This document shows positions 25,346-36,953 of a stretch of 64,000 bases of DNA, in pieces. The notes beneath the pieces were generated by a model that had not been told where the DNA came from, ran no database searches, and saw only the letters and a list, made by a program, of their open reading frames with translations. The position numbers and the translations under genes are program-made. Within the stretch, counting starts at the first letter, position 1, and the number at the start of each line of letters is the position of its first letter. Source of the DNA: Camelus ferus (Eukaryota); the NCBI RefSeq assembly GCF_009834535.1, contig NC_045696.1, positions 33,606,001 to 33,670,000 on the forward strand, given 5' to 3'.

Positions 25346-25729
25346 AGAAGTACTAAACAAAGGAGGGGGGGTGTATGTACCATGAGCTAGAGAACCACAG
25401 CTCTACAACTTTTGTGACATTTTATTGGAAGTGGTGGTTCCATCCACATGTTTCCATGAATAGTTCTTGATAAATATTTTAGTTTCCAGGAAGAGAACTA
25501 AGCCATCTCTAGCATGGACCAATGTGAACAAAATAATCATGAAAAAAATAAAATAACCACAACAAACTAAGTTATTTTGTTTAAAGAAAAGGTTCCAAGC
25601 AGACCTATAACGCCCCAATTTTTCTTTTAAAAACTCGTTACTCTAAATCTGTGGAGTTTAAGAAGTATTTTTAATTCTACTAAATGTCTCGCCTATAGGA
25701 ATCTTACTATATAGTTGTGGAGAAAGGAT

Positions 25730-26147
25730 TGTACTGGCCACTTTTGGTGCCCTGCCCCATCTCATCCAGTGCCTGTTACTGGTTCTCCATTACTTTGTTG
25801 GTGATGCTTTGCATCTGGGAAACCTTCTTCTGAGGTGGGTCCATGGACTCCCGGGTTGTGCCTGAGATTTTACACCAATACCATTCTCCTGCTTTCCCCT
25901 CCATAGCACAGCCCACGACTGACGCATGCAACATACAAGAGTCCAGCTCTATCACCATTAAGTGGAACAATTTTGGCAGAAGAATATATATTCCAGAAGT
26001 CTCCACGGGATCCGGCTGAGTCTTAGATTCACCTGATCATAGCTTTGTTTACTCTCTTCCCTTTCTTGCCTGCCTGCCTCACGCCCTGATCACTTATAGA
26101 TAAGAATCTGGCTCAGGCTTGTCTTCCAGGAAAACTAACCTAAAACG
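25730..26147 (+). mobile_element. ERVL solo LTR, LTR16A-like
   Basis: Starts TGT..GGTGCCCTGCCCC and ends CTCAGGCTTGTCTTCCAGGAAAACTAACCTAAAAC, like the LTR16 family. Confidence 0.65.
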
Positions 26148-26199
26148 TAAGACCATCTCACATATAGAAACATGGAACAAGTAAAGAACACAGTAATGA

Positions 26200-26400
26200 T
26201 ACTGACAATGACAGCTAACACAAAGTGAGTGCCTACTCCGTACCAGGCACCATGCAAAGAACTCTACTCAATCATCACTTTATTTAACCCTTACAATAGC
26301 TATTACTGTCATCATCATTGCTCCCTCCTCCCAATTTACAGATACAGAATCATAAGTTTTGAATAGATATGCAATTTTTCCAAAGCTCTCAACTAGACAA
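26200..26400 (-). mobile_element. MIR SINE
   Basis: GAGTGCCTACTCCGTACCAGGCAC, ATTTAACCCTTACAA and TTTACAGATACAGAA. Confidence 0.65.
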
Positions 26401-26974
26401 GGGATGCAAACATATAGTTTTATCCTCTTCTCATAAATTCAGTGTTTAAAAGAGCTGTAAATGATACAGATTCATACAGCATAGAGATCAATGGACACAG
26501 GCTATAAAGAGTAGTGGTTGCTGTCAGACAGATCTATACTCTTACCATGGACCAGACACTTATTGTAGTGGTTAGCAAAGCTACTTAGGGCCACAGCTGC
26601 AGTTACCTCTACCTCATCAGAATGTTTTCAAGGATTCCATGAAGCTCATATTTGATGCTTTAAGAATAGGAGTTACCAAAAACAAAATAATTACAATATC
26701 CCACCCATTTCTTGGAGTCAAAGAGAAACTTAAAATCTCAGTTACATGGCCAAAACAGTTAGATACATAATATATTTCTTGTAGAAGTGAAGTTGCTAAG
26801 ACTGAGATTTGATTCATCAATAATGAGAAAATTGTGTTTACATACATATATATACACATATTTACAAGTCCCAAATTGGTTATGGCTAGGATTACTTGAA
26901 TTAATGGATGCTATACTTAACACAGGTCTTGTAGCATAGAAAACACTAAATGATGTTATTTACTTCCTTAAAAA

Positions 26975-27650
26975 TGGCTTCATCCATATTGATATAAATA
27001 AGTGATTGCACAAATATATAAAAGTGGAAGAATAGGTAAATCTCTTATATGGAAGAATTCCAAAGAAGTTATATACAGATGCTCCTCCCTTAAGGAGGGG
27101 AGCATCACTCTCTACCTGCTGAATGTTGGTTCCACTTAAGGATTTTCTTGCAAAGACAACAACTTGGAAGGAAGGGACAGCAGCTTTACAAAGGAGGAAC
27201 GTGGCAAACAGCACCTCAACCAGGTAATTAGGATTAGCATCAGTGATAAGCTATGTTGACAGTTTGTACCCTTGATATGATGCGATGAGAACGGTATGTT
27301 ACTTCTGTGGTTCTTTTCCCCAGTTTCACACTCTACAGTCATGAGAGAAACAGGGTAAATCCAAGGTACCTGAACTCCTAAAAACTGCCACGGTCTTTAA
27401 AAATGAGGAAAGTTTGAGAAAGAGTTATAGTCTAGAAGAGCCTCAGGAGACGTGCCAACTAAATGTAATGAGGTATCCTAGATGGGATCCTGAACAGAAA
27501 AAGGAAATTTAAGGTAAACACTGAGGAAATTTAAATAAAAGATAGACTTTAGACAATACAAATGTATTAATGTCAGTGTGTTAGTTGTAACAAATTCTCT
27601 TCTTTCTCAACTTTCTTTGCAAAATTTTATAAATCTAAAACTAAAACAGA
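26975..27650 (+). mobile_element. Old L1 3'UTR fragment (L1MC/L1MD-like)
   Basis: CACCTCAACCAGGTAAT, CAGTGATAAGCTATGTTGAC..TGTACCCTTGATATGATG and AACTAAATGTAATGAGGTATCCTAGATGGGATCCTG. Confidence 0.75.
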
Positions 27651-28389
27651 AAGTTTCTTTCTTTCTTTCTTCCCCATTATCTTTTCGTCTGCTATTAGTT
27701 CTGCTGACTCTTCTCTCCCCTAGAGGGAAAGGAAACCCCTGGGAGCTCAGAGTTGAAGAAAGAGGACTCAGAATGCAACATTTTAAAATACATTTTGATT
27801 TTTCATTCCTCTTTCCACCTACGAATCCTTAATCCTTGCAATCTATTTCTTCTAAATAGACTTAGGGTCTAAGGTTTAAACAAGAACAAAATTCCATTTT
27901 AGTTCCTTCTCATCTCACATCTCCTTACATTTTCCTGCCAAAAACATCGGATCTATAGCAATAAAATCTATATTTGCCAATGGATCAGAATTTATATTAT
28001 TTTCTCAGTTTTTTTTTTTTAAATTGAGGTATAGTCAGTTTACAATGTTGTATTAATTTCTGGTGTACAGCACAATTCTTCAGTCATACATGAATATACA
28101 TATATTCATTTTCATATTCTTTTTCACCGTAAGCTACTACAAGATATTGAATATATTTCCCTGTGCTATACGGTATAAACTTGTTTATCTATTTTATATA
28201 TACCAGTCAGTATCTGCAAATCTTGAACTCCTAGTTTATCCCCCCACCCCCAGCTCCTCGGTAACCACAAGTCTGTATTCTATGTCTGGGAGTCTTTCCT
28301 ATTTTATATATAAGTTCATTTGTCTTTCTTTCTTTCTTTTTTTTTTTTTTTTGATTCCACAGATAAGTGGTATCATAAAGGTATTTTTC

Positions 28390-30847
28390 TTTCTCTTTCT
28401 GGCTTACTTCACTTAGAAGACATTGTCCAGAAACATCCATGTTGCTGCAAATAGCATTATTTTATCATTTTTATGGCTGAGTAGTATTCCATTGTATAAA
28501 TACGCCACATCTTTATCCAATCATCTGTTGATGGACATTTACGCTGTTTCCATGTCTTAGCTATTGTAAATAGTGCTGCTATGAACATTGGGGTGCATGT
28601 GTCTTTTTGAATTAAGGTTTCTTCTGGATACATGCCCAGGAGTGGGATTGCTGGGTCATATGGTAAGTATTTTTAGTCTTTTGAGGAATCTCCATACTAT
28701 TTTCCACAACGGCTGCACCAAACTGCATTCCTACCCATAGTATAGGAGGGTTCCCTTTTCTCCATACCCTCTCCAGCATTTATCATTTGTGGACTTTTGA
28801 ATGATGGCCATTCTGACTGGTGTGAGATGATACCTCATTGTCATTTTGATTTGCATTTCTCTGATAATTAGTGATATTGAGTATTTTTTCATGTGTCTAT
28901 TGGTCATTCATATGTCTTCACTGGAGAATTGCTTGTTTAGGTCTTCTGCCCATTTTTGGATTCGGTTGTTTGTTTGTTTTTTCTTATTAAGTTGTATGGA
29001 CCTGTTTATATATTCTGGAAATCAAGCCCTTGTCAGTTTCGTCTTTTGCAAACATTCTCTCCCATTCCTTAGGTTGTTGTCTTGTTTTGCTTATGGTTTC
29101 CTTTGCTGTGCAAAAGCATGTAAGTTTAATTAGGTTCCATTTGTTTAGTTTTGCTTTTATTTCGATTGTTTGGGTATACTGCTCTAGGAGAACATTGCTG
29201 AGATGTATGTGAGATAATGTTTTGCCTATGTTTTCTTTTAGGAGATTTATTGTGTCTTGTCTTATGTTTAAGTCTTTAAGCCATTTTGAGTTTATTTGTG
29301 TGTATGGTGTGAGAGAGTATTCTAACTTCATTGATTTACATGCTGCTGTCCAGTTTTCCCAACACCATTTGCAGAAGAGACTGTCTTTATTCCATTGTAT
29401 GTTCTTGCCTCCTTTGTCAAAGAGTAATTGAGCAAATGTTCATTTCTGGCTCTCTATTCTGTTCCATTGATCCATATGTATGTTTTTGTACCAGTACCAT
29501 GCTGTTTTGATTACTGTAGCTCTTTAGTATTGTCTGAAGTCTGGGAGGGTTATTCCTCCAGCCTCATTCTTTTTCTTCAGTAATTCATTGGCAATTCTGG
29601 GTCTTTTGTGATTCTGTATAAATTTTAATATGATTTGTTCTAGTTCTATGAAATATGTCCTGGGTAATTTGATAAGGATTGCATTGAATCTGTAGATTGC
29701 CTTGGGTAGTATGGCCATTTTAACAATATTGATTCTTCCAATCCAGGAACATGGGATTTCCTCCATTTTTTTTAAGTCTTCTTTAATTTCCTTAATCAAT
29801 GTTTTGTAGTTCTCCATGTATAAGACTTTCACCTCCTTTGTTAGATTTATTCCTAGGTATTTTATTACTTTGGGTGCTATTTTAAAGGGGATTGTTTATT
29901 TTCTTTTCCTGTTGATTCATTGTTAGTGTAAAGAAATGCAACTGATTTTTGTACATTAATCTCATATCCTGCTACCTTGCTGAATTCTTTTATTAGTTCT
30001 AGTAGTTCTTGTGTGAAGCCTTTATGGCTTTTTATATATATTTTTTCATGTTGTCTACATATAGTGACAGTTTTATCACTTCTTTTCCAATTTGGATCCC
30101 TTTTATTTATTTATTTTTTCTTGCCTGATTGCTGTAGCTAGGACTTCCAAGACTATGTTGAACAGAAGTGGTGAGAGTGGACAACCCTGTCTAGTATCAG
30201 ATTTTAGTGGGAAAGTTTTCAGCTTTTCACTGTTGAGTACTATGCTGGCTATAGGTTTGTCATAAATACCTTATATTATGTTGAGATATGTTCCCTCTAT
30301 ACCCATTTTGGTAAGTGTTTTTATCCTACATGGGTGTTGATTTTTTCAAATTTTTTTTCTGCATCTATTGAGATGATCATGTGGTTTTTGTCCATTTTGT
30401 TGATGTGTATCACATTGATTGATTTGCGTATGTTGAACCATCCTTGTGTTCCTTTATATCTGTTAGTATTTGCTTTATGTATTTAGGTGCTCCTAAATTG
30501 GGTGCACATATGTTATCTAGGGTAATACCCTCATCTTGTATTGCTCCTTTAGTCATTATATAATGTCCTTCTTTATCTTACTTTATGGCCTTTGTTTCAA
30601 AGTCTATTTTGTCTGAAATCAGTATTGCTACTCCTGCTTTCTTGTCATTTCCATCTGCATGGAATATCTTTTTCCATCTTCTCATTCTCAATCTATGTGT
30701 GTCCTTCTCCCTAAAGTGGGTATCTTGTATGCAGTATATTTTAGGTTCTTGTTTTATTATCCAGTCTGTCACTCTATGTCTTTTAATTAGAGCATTTAGT
30801 CCATTGACATTTACAGTAATTATTGATAGATGTGTGTTTATTGCCAT
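28390..30847 (-). pseudogene. L1 ORF2 (endonuclease/reverse transcriptase), disrupted
   Basis: Peptides MAINTHLSIITVNVNGLN (APE endonuclease), [23 protein letters not shown] and LTPYTQINSKWLKDLN. Contains stops, frameshifts and a deletion junction near 30450. Confidence 0.92.
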
Positions 30848-31243
30848 TTTGAACTTAGTTTTGCAGTTGATTTGATATTTCCTTTTTGTTCCTTTCTTTT
30901 TTATTCTTGTGGTTTGATAATTTCCCTTTGTATTAGCTCGGTTTCTTTTTAGTTTTTGTGACTCTATTGTAAGCTTTTGGCTTGTGGTTACCCTGCTTAT
31001 ACATATTTAACCCATTACTATATCTATTTGTTTTAAACTGACAGTAATATAAGCTCAAATTCATCCTACTGAGAACAAAAAGAAAGAAAGAAAGAAAGGT
31101 CTCTATATTTTCTTGCTCCCCTCTCCCACTGTTAATGAATTAGATGTCCTCTTACAATTTCATTATTATTCTGTTATAATTCAGTGTAGTTATTACCTTT
31201 CCAGTTATGGTTTTCTCCTTTCTGTAGCATCCTTCTTTTCTAT

Positions 31244-32132
31244 TTAGAGAAGAACTTTCAATATTTTAGCACAGGTTTAGTGTTGCTAAATTCTTTTAGT
31301 TTTTGCTTGTCTGTGAAGTTGTTTCTCTCTCCTTCTATTCTAAAGGATAGCCTTGCTGGATAAAATATCCTAGGTTGCATCTTTTTCTCATTCAGTACTT
31401 TGAATATATCTTGCCACTCCCTTCTGATCTGCAGTGTTTGTGTAGAGAAATCAGCTGAAAGCCTTATGGGGGTTCCCTTGTAAGTAACTCTTTGTTTTTC
31501 TCTTGCTGCCTTTAGAATCATTTCTTATTCTTAACCCTGGCCATCCTGATTATAATATGTCTTGGTGTGAGTCTATTTGGGTTCTTCTTGTTTGGGACCC
31601 TTTGTGTTTCCTGTAGTTGGATATCTGATTCTTTCTTTAGGTTTGGGAAGTTTTCAGTCATGATTTCTTCAAATACCTTTTCAATCCCCTTTGCTCTTTC
31701 TTCTCCTTCTGGGACCCCTATTATGTATAGGTTGGCATGCTTTATATTATCCCATAGGTCCCTGATGTTGTTTTCATTGGTTTTTATTTGCTTTTCCCTC
31801 AGCTGTTCTGATTGGGTGATTTCTGTTTCCTTTCTTCTAAGTCACTTATTCATTCCTCTGCATTATCTAGCCTACATTTTACAGACTTTAGCTCAGCTCT
31901 TCTCTCAGCTAATGATTTTTCCTATTTTAATTGGTTCCTCTTTATAGTTTCAATTTCCTTTTTGACATGTTCTCTGTCTCTAGTCACAATCTCTTTTATT
32001 TCCTTCAGTTCTTTGATCACTCCTTTTTTGGAAATCATGATCTAGTAGACTATCAAAGTCTATTTCATTGTCATTCCTTTAGAAGATTTCTCTTGTTCTT
32101 TTGATTGGGGGTTGGTTCCTCTGCTTCTTCAT
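31244..32132 (-). pseudogene. L1 ORF1 (RNA-binding protein), disrupted
   Basis: ILKAAREKQRVTYKGTPIRLSADFS...WQDIFKVL...YPARLSF motifs. Probable start ATG AAG AAG CAG at 32132. Confidence 0.9.
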
Positions 32133-33669
32133 TTTACTTATATCTCTCTGGCACTATGGATTATGGAGTATCAGTTATCTACCGTGGTCCTGAAGGGGTT
32201 TGTTTGTTTGTTTATCTATCTATCTAAAGCAGAGGTGGAAATAAAACTAAAAAAAAATTTTAAAGAAAAAATTTGAAAACAGAATATAATCAATAAGAGA
32301 AGAACAAGAAAGAGAAATAAAAATCAAATCGAAACAGTTAAAAAATTGTAAATATTTTCAAACAAAAATTTTAAAAGGATTAAAAAATAGATACATAAAC
32401 TTTTTTTTAATTAAAAATTTAAAAAGAAAAAGAAAAGAAAAAAGAAGTGAATGTATTCCCGTGGATACTGTGCGATCTTAATAATTTTGTCGAGAGGTTC
32501 TTCTTAAGTATGGGTGGTTGTCAAGTCTTCCTTCTGTGCCTTTTGTCTGTGATCCCTTTGGTTGGAGGTGTGGCCAGTGTTGTGGTGGCCAGAGCTTGTG
32601 CTGGCTATTGAAAGGGGCCTCCTTCTTATTCTGTGGTTGCTGCTGCTCCTGCCCTCACCCTGCTGTGCAAACTCACCTCGCTGTTTCCAGAAACCCTCTG
32701 GTCTCACCCCAGGTCTGTGCTGCTCCCAGTGCCAGTAGGTGGGTGGGTTGCTCCCCCCGTTCAGTGCCACACCTGTGCCATGTTGTGTCCACACTCCATA
32801 GGCAGGCTTGGAGAAAACGGCCACACCAGCCCTTGCCCCTGCTCTGTGCTGGAACTCTGCTCCTTGTTCTTTTGTCTTAGAAGCACAAGTTCACAGAGGC
32901 ACTGGGGCAGAATGGTCCCCTCTGCCTGGGGCTGTAAACAAACCTCAGTCCCCTCTGTGAGGTTGTGGAGCCCTAGGTAAGGATTCAGGTTTTGACCTGG
33001 ACTCCACCTGGAAGTGGTGCTCTGGAGAAGTGGCAGCTGTGGCTGGGCCCTGCCTCTCTTCTCTGGAGAACACACCAGTAATGGTGCTGTGGGTCTGAGG
33101 AGATAAAGACTAATGCATCCCTCCCCCAGCTGTATTGCTTTCTTTTTGTTTGTATTTTATGGGGGACCCAGGCTGTTCTAATGTGAACCCTTCCAGTCAT
33201 GGCGCACAGCCCACTGCAGTCCCCCGGGGTTGCCTCTGTACAGTGGGCACGAGTCCTCTGCCCAGCTCTGGCAGCCTGTCCCTTCCCACCTCTGCCAGTT
33301 TGCGTCTAGGACAGGGGTCGCAGGGACACTTTGTGCCCGTTTAACTTAGTTCTATTGGTCAAGGGCTGTTCCGTACAGATCCAGGCCTCGGAGATTCCCT
33401 CTCGGTCCTACTGACCTCTCCATTGGAGAGGAGGAGACCCAGTGATCAATGCTGTTCCTCCTTGGCCACTCCCTCCCCATGGTACCGGTCCCACACTATT
33501 TTTCTTTTTCTTCCATCTTTTTTCCTTTTCTCCTACCAGACTTGTGGCTTATTTTGTCTTTTGAAGAAGGCAATGTTCTGTCAAAGTTCAGCAGGTGTTC
33601 TGATTGGCTGGGTGAGTCCGTGGATGTCAGTCTTGGTGTATTTGTGGGAGAGGGTGAGCTAACAGCATC

Positions 33670-33696
33670 CTCCTCTGCCATCTTGGCCCTTCTGCC
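33670..33696 (-). promoter_or_regulatory. L1 5' terminal internal-promoter YY1 site
   Basis: Minus strand GGGCCAAGATGGCAGAG at the element's 5' end. Confidence 0.7.
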
Positions 33697-34079
33697 TTAT
33701 TTTCTGTTTTTAATAGTTGATATGCCTTTCTGTTTCTATTTATTAGGCAATGACTAATATTTAACCACTAGACAATGCCATTTTAACTCAGTAAAATACA
33801 TCTTAGGTAAAGTCATTTGTACATAACTCGTTTAGGTTGTCTTTCTCATTTAAAATATTTTTGTTTTTTTCAATCTGATATTTTTCATTTCACAAATGAC
33901 GATTATTACTTTCTAAATTGTACAAAAAGGCAAAATAGTAAATTAATAGAGTAACCTACTGATGTAGAATATTCAAGGGGATGATTGAACATTAAGAGAA
34001 TAATTGCGTTTTGGGTAAGTTTTGGCAAAAATTTAAATAGTATTAGGACATCTTTATTCACATCTCCTCCGCAAGATAA

Positions 34080-34560
34080 ACGTACATTTATACATACATA
34101 CAATGTGAAAGTTATGCGTACTTACCCAGTGTCGTGGCAAGCAGTCAGTCCCTGAAGGCAGCGCTCCTCACCCCAGCTGCTGGAGCTACGTCAACAGTCT
34201 TCACAGTGCACTTCAGGGACCACCACAGATGCAGAGCAAAGCTGCCTAAGGCCACGTCCCTACTACTTAGCGGCATGCATTTCGCAATGACTGTTAGGGA
34301 AATAAATGTCTGTCCCTCTTGTCCCAATACATGGCAACTCTGAAAGGCGTTCAAAATGTGCTGTGGGGTCAGCTGAAATGTACGTCTGCACGGAAACCCA
34401 CGCTCCGCCACCCCCTTTACCCACAGGTGCAGACGCAGTGGGTCTGCGCCGCGTTTTGGCTCCTCCTTCGGCCAGCCCTGCCTCCGTCCCCGCCTTTGCA
34501 CAGGTGTGGCTCAGCAGACGCTCAGTGATACACAGCCTACGTGCTCCACACCCCCACTGT
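34080..34560. promoter_or_regulatory. Small non-repeat CpG-rich segment, candidate promoter/enhancer
   Basis: About 22 CpGs by manual count in about 480 bp against a CpG-poor background. GC-box-like CCCCGCC near 34488. Confidence 0.5.
34126..34290 (-). other. Candidate non-coding (5'UTR/lncRNA) exon, 165 nt
   Basis: Minus-strand acceptor TTTATTTCCCTAACAG and donor TGG|GTAAGT. Stops occur in all three frames. Confidence 0.35.
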
Positions 34561-35895
34561 CTGTTTTCTCAGAACCTGATAAACCATTTCCTAATAACTT
34601 TATTCTTTTAAATTTAAAATAAATGAAGTAAATTATTTTTTAAATGTTATACATACTTTTAAAATTTTATTCTCCTTCGTGATCATTCAAAGTAATTAAA
34701 GTGAAGAGACGTTTTTATACCCTATAAAAATCTATTGTCAACTACTATTATATGCACCCACACATAAAAACAGTTTTACCTCTGAGGGTCGTAATTCCAC
34801 AAAATTGAGTTTGGAAATAAATAAAGCAAAATAAAATAAAACTTACAGTGAATATACAACTCAAAATTAAATGTTTCAATCAAAATGAAAGCTTATTTTT
34901 GCCAAGAAAAATCAGAGCAACAATGTATCTCCACTCTTTCAAGGAGAAAAGTGGAAAAGGAGTAAAGATGAAATGTGAGCTGAGCAAAAGGAAAACCAGT
35001 GAAAGGCCGATGCAGGAGCTCTCTGACTACAGTCCTCGACCTTCAGATCCGAGTGGGGAGTATACCTTGACACTCTCGGCACGCCTGAAGGAGGCAGCAG
35101 CTGTTCCTAAATGACTGCAATTTGCTGCAACACAGAAGATAATATAAATTTCTCTCCAGAAGACATTTTCAGAACCAAGTAATTAAAATTGCTTATGTCA
35201 GGTAGTAGGTCGGGAAATGAAGACAGATAAACAGAAAATAAAGGCACGACAAAAGTAGGGATAAGGTGGGGGAGAAGCTCTCTCCTCAAAACAAACAAAA
35301 ATACTAAAACAGTATTCTGCCACTCGAACGCTTTCCCCAGTTATCATCATGGGATCTAACAAAGGCGTTCCTACAGTGAGACCCATGGACCCTTTTGTGT
35401 TGTGTTCTCTACACTTCAATTCATGTTGGGCACCTGGGTGTTCCTAGAGCCACTTAGAATTACAAAATAACAACCATAACCAAAACAGTTCTTGGAAGAA
35501 ACACTAAGATATGGTGTAATCCTTCAAATATTGTTTGCATTTAAATCCGTGTTTGCCACTCATCCACTCATTTCTAATGTGACAATGGGAATCATGTCAA
35601 AATACGTCTTCAGTTCTTAGGGCACCCATCTGAATAGCACCCCCCCACACACACAAAAATGGTCTCACTGCCACTGAGAGACTGATTCAAATGACGTTAG
35701 GTGTGGCCTGGGATAATTATACATTAGAAATGGAACTCTAGAAACTCCAAACTTAAAATAGAGACTGAATCATGGATTTGACAGATGATGACACATTGGA
35801 AATAATTTATTGATTCACCTTGTTATTTAGTAACAAAACTGATATCAGACTAACAATACTGACTAAAGCATTTCATATTTTTACAGTCTTTTTCT

Positions 35896-35906
35896 TTCTT
35901 TCTTCT

Positions 35907-35940
<34 letters not shown>

Positions 35941-36230
35941 GTGAGTCAAACCAATTTTATTGTCAAAGAACATTTCATGGCATAGGTGGTATCTGCCCTT
36001 AAGGTGACCATTTAAGGTCATAAAGGTACCCTATGCATTCCTAACTTCTTTCTATGAATTTCCATTTTTAAATTACTGAATCAAAAGCAATAGCATTTAA
36101 ACTATTTTTGATAAGTATCCCATATTATATCTTTTTTATTGAAGTATGGTTGATTTACAATATTATATTAGTTTCAGGTGTACAACACGGTGATTTGATA
36201 TTTTTATAGATTACACTCCATTCAAAGTTA
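35896..36230 (-). mobile_element. Truncated L1 3' end with about 190 bp of 3'-transduced sequence and a second poly(A)
   Basis: L1 end at 36132-36230, unique segment at 35939-36131 with AATAAA (35961-35956) 17 nt before a long poly(A). TSD 15/17 identical at 35879-35895 and 36231-36247. Confidence 0.7.
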
Positions 36231-36639
36231 TTTTCCAGACTTTTTCTACAGCAAGTTTTCTCTGTTACTCATTTTCTTTGTGCCTCTCCCTCAATCTGCT
36301 TTTTACACCAAGTATCTACTTAAACAGTGCAGGGAAAAGACATTGGGAAGTGGTGCTTATCAGGTACAGAATGTATTGGAGAGAGGAGAGAATGACCAGG
36401 TTTACTATTTGAAATTTGTTTTAAAAATGGGGAGAGACATATATAGAGACAAAATAGTCCAGTGTTGTCTTTCTAACTGGGCTTCAATTAGACATTTTGT
36501 CTTTTTATTCCTTCTTACTCTACTAATTTAGAAAAGAAGATTGACTACACAGTTTTACTCTCTGTAAGTATTTGGGTGGGAAAAAATGAAGAAGAGAAAA
36601 ACAGGGAAGGGGGAGAGAGAGACAATCAAGAAAGCCTAA

Positions 36640-36953
36640 TATCAGCTGTGGTAACAATTCTTAGTGGATTAAACAAGGAAGGTTGATTTATTTATTCTTT
36701 TTGTTGTTGTTGTTGTTAATACCGAATGTCCAACACAAACTGAAAAGACTCTTCCCATAACAGGTTCATTCAGGGACCCCGCCTGCGCTGCAGAAAAAGG
36801 GATAAGGTAAGTTGCACCCCAGCTCTTAAATGCTTCTGCTCACATTTCATTGACTAAAGCAATTCATGTAGTCATGCCTAACTTCAAGGGCCAAGCTTTC
36901 TGTGTGTGCAGGAGAGTCTAAAATCTTCAGTGAAAAACTTAATGTCTGCCACA
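36640..36953 (-). mobile_element. Old MaLR LTR (MLT1J/K-like)
   Basis: CATTCAGGGACCC and CTTCTGCTCACATTTCATTGACTAAAGCAATTCATG..CATGCCTAACTTCAAGGG, ending TCTGCCACA. Confidence 0.65.

Larger units (their letters stand above)
28009..33696 (-). mobile_element. LINE-1 with both ends retained and an internal ORF2 deletion
   Basis: Poly(A) appears as T12 at 28009. 3'UTR, ORF2 and ORF1 remnants and a GC-richer 5'UTR with terminal CAAGATGGC are present. TSD core TTATTTTCT at 27997-28005 and 33697-33705. Confidence 0.95.

Noticed and set aside
28846..32045. Plus-strand hydrophobic ORFs
   Set aside because: They are antisense readings of the A-rich L1 ORF1/ORF2.
32504..33757. Cluster of overlapping 60-120 aa ORFs
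   Set aside because: They lie in the GC-richer L1 5'UTR, where stops are rarer, and show no recognisable domain.
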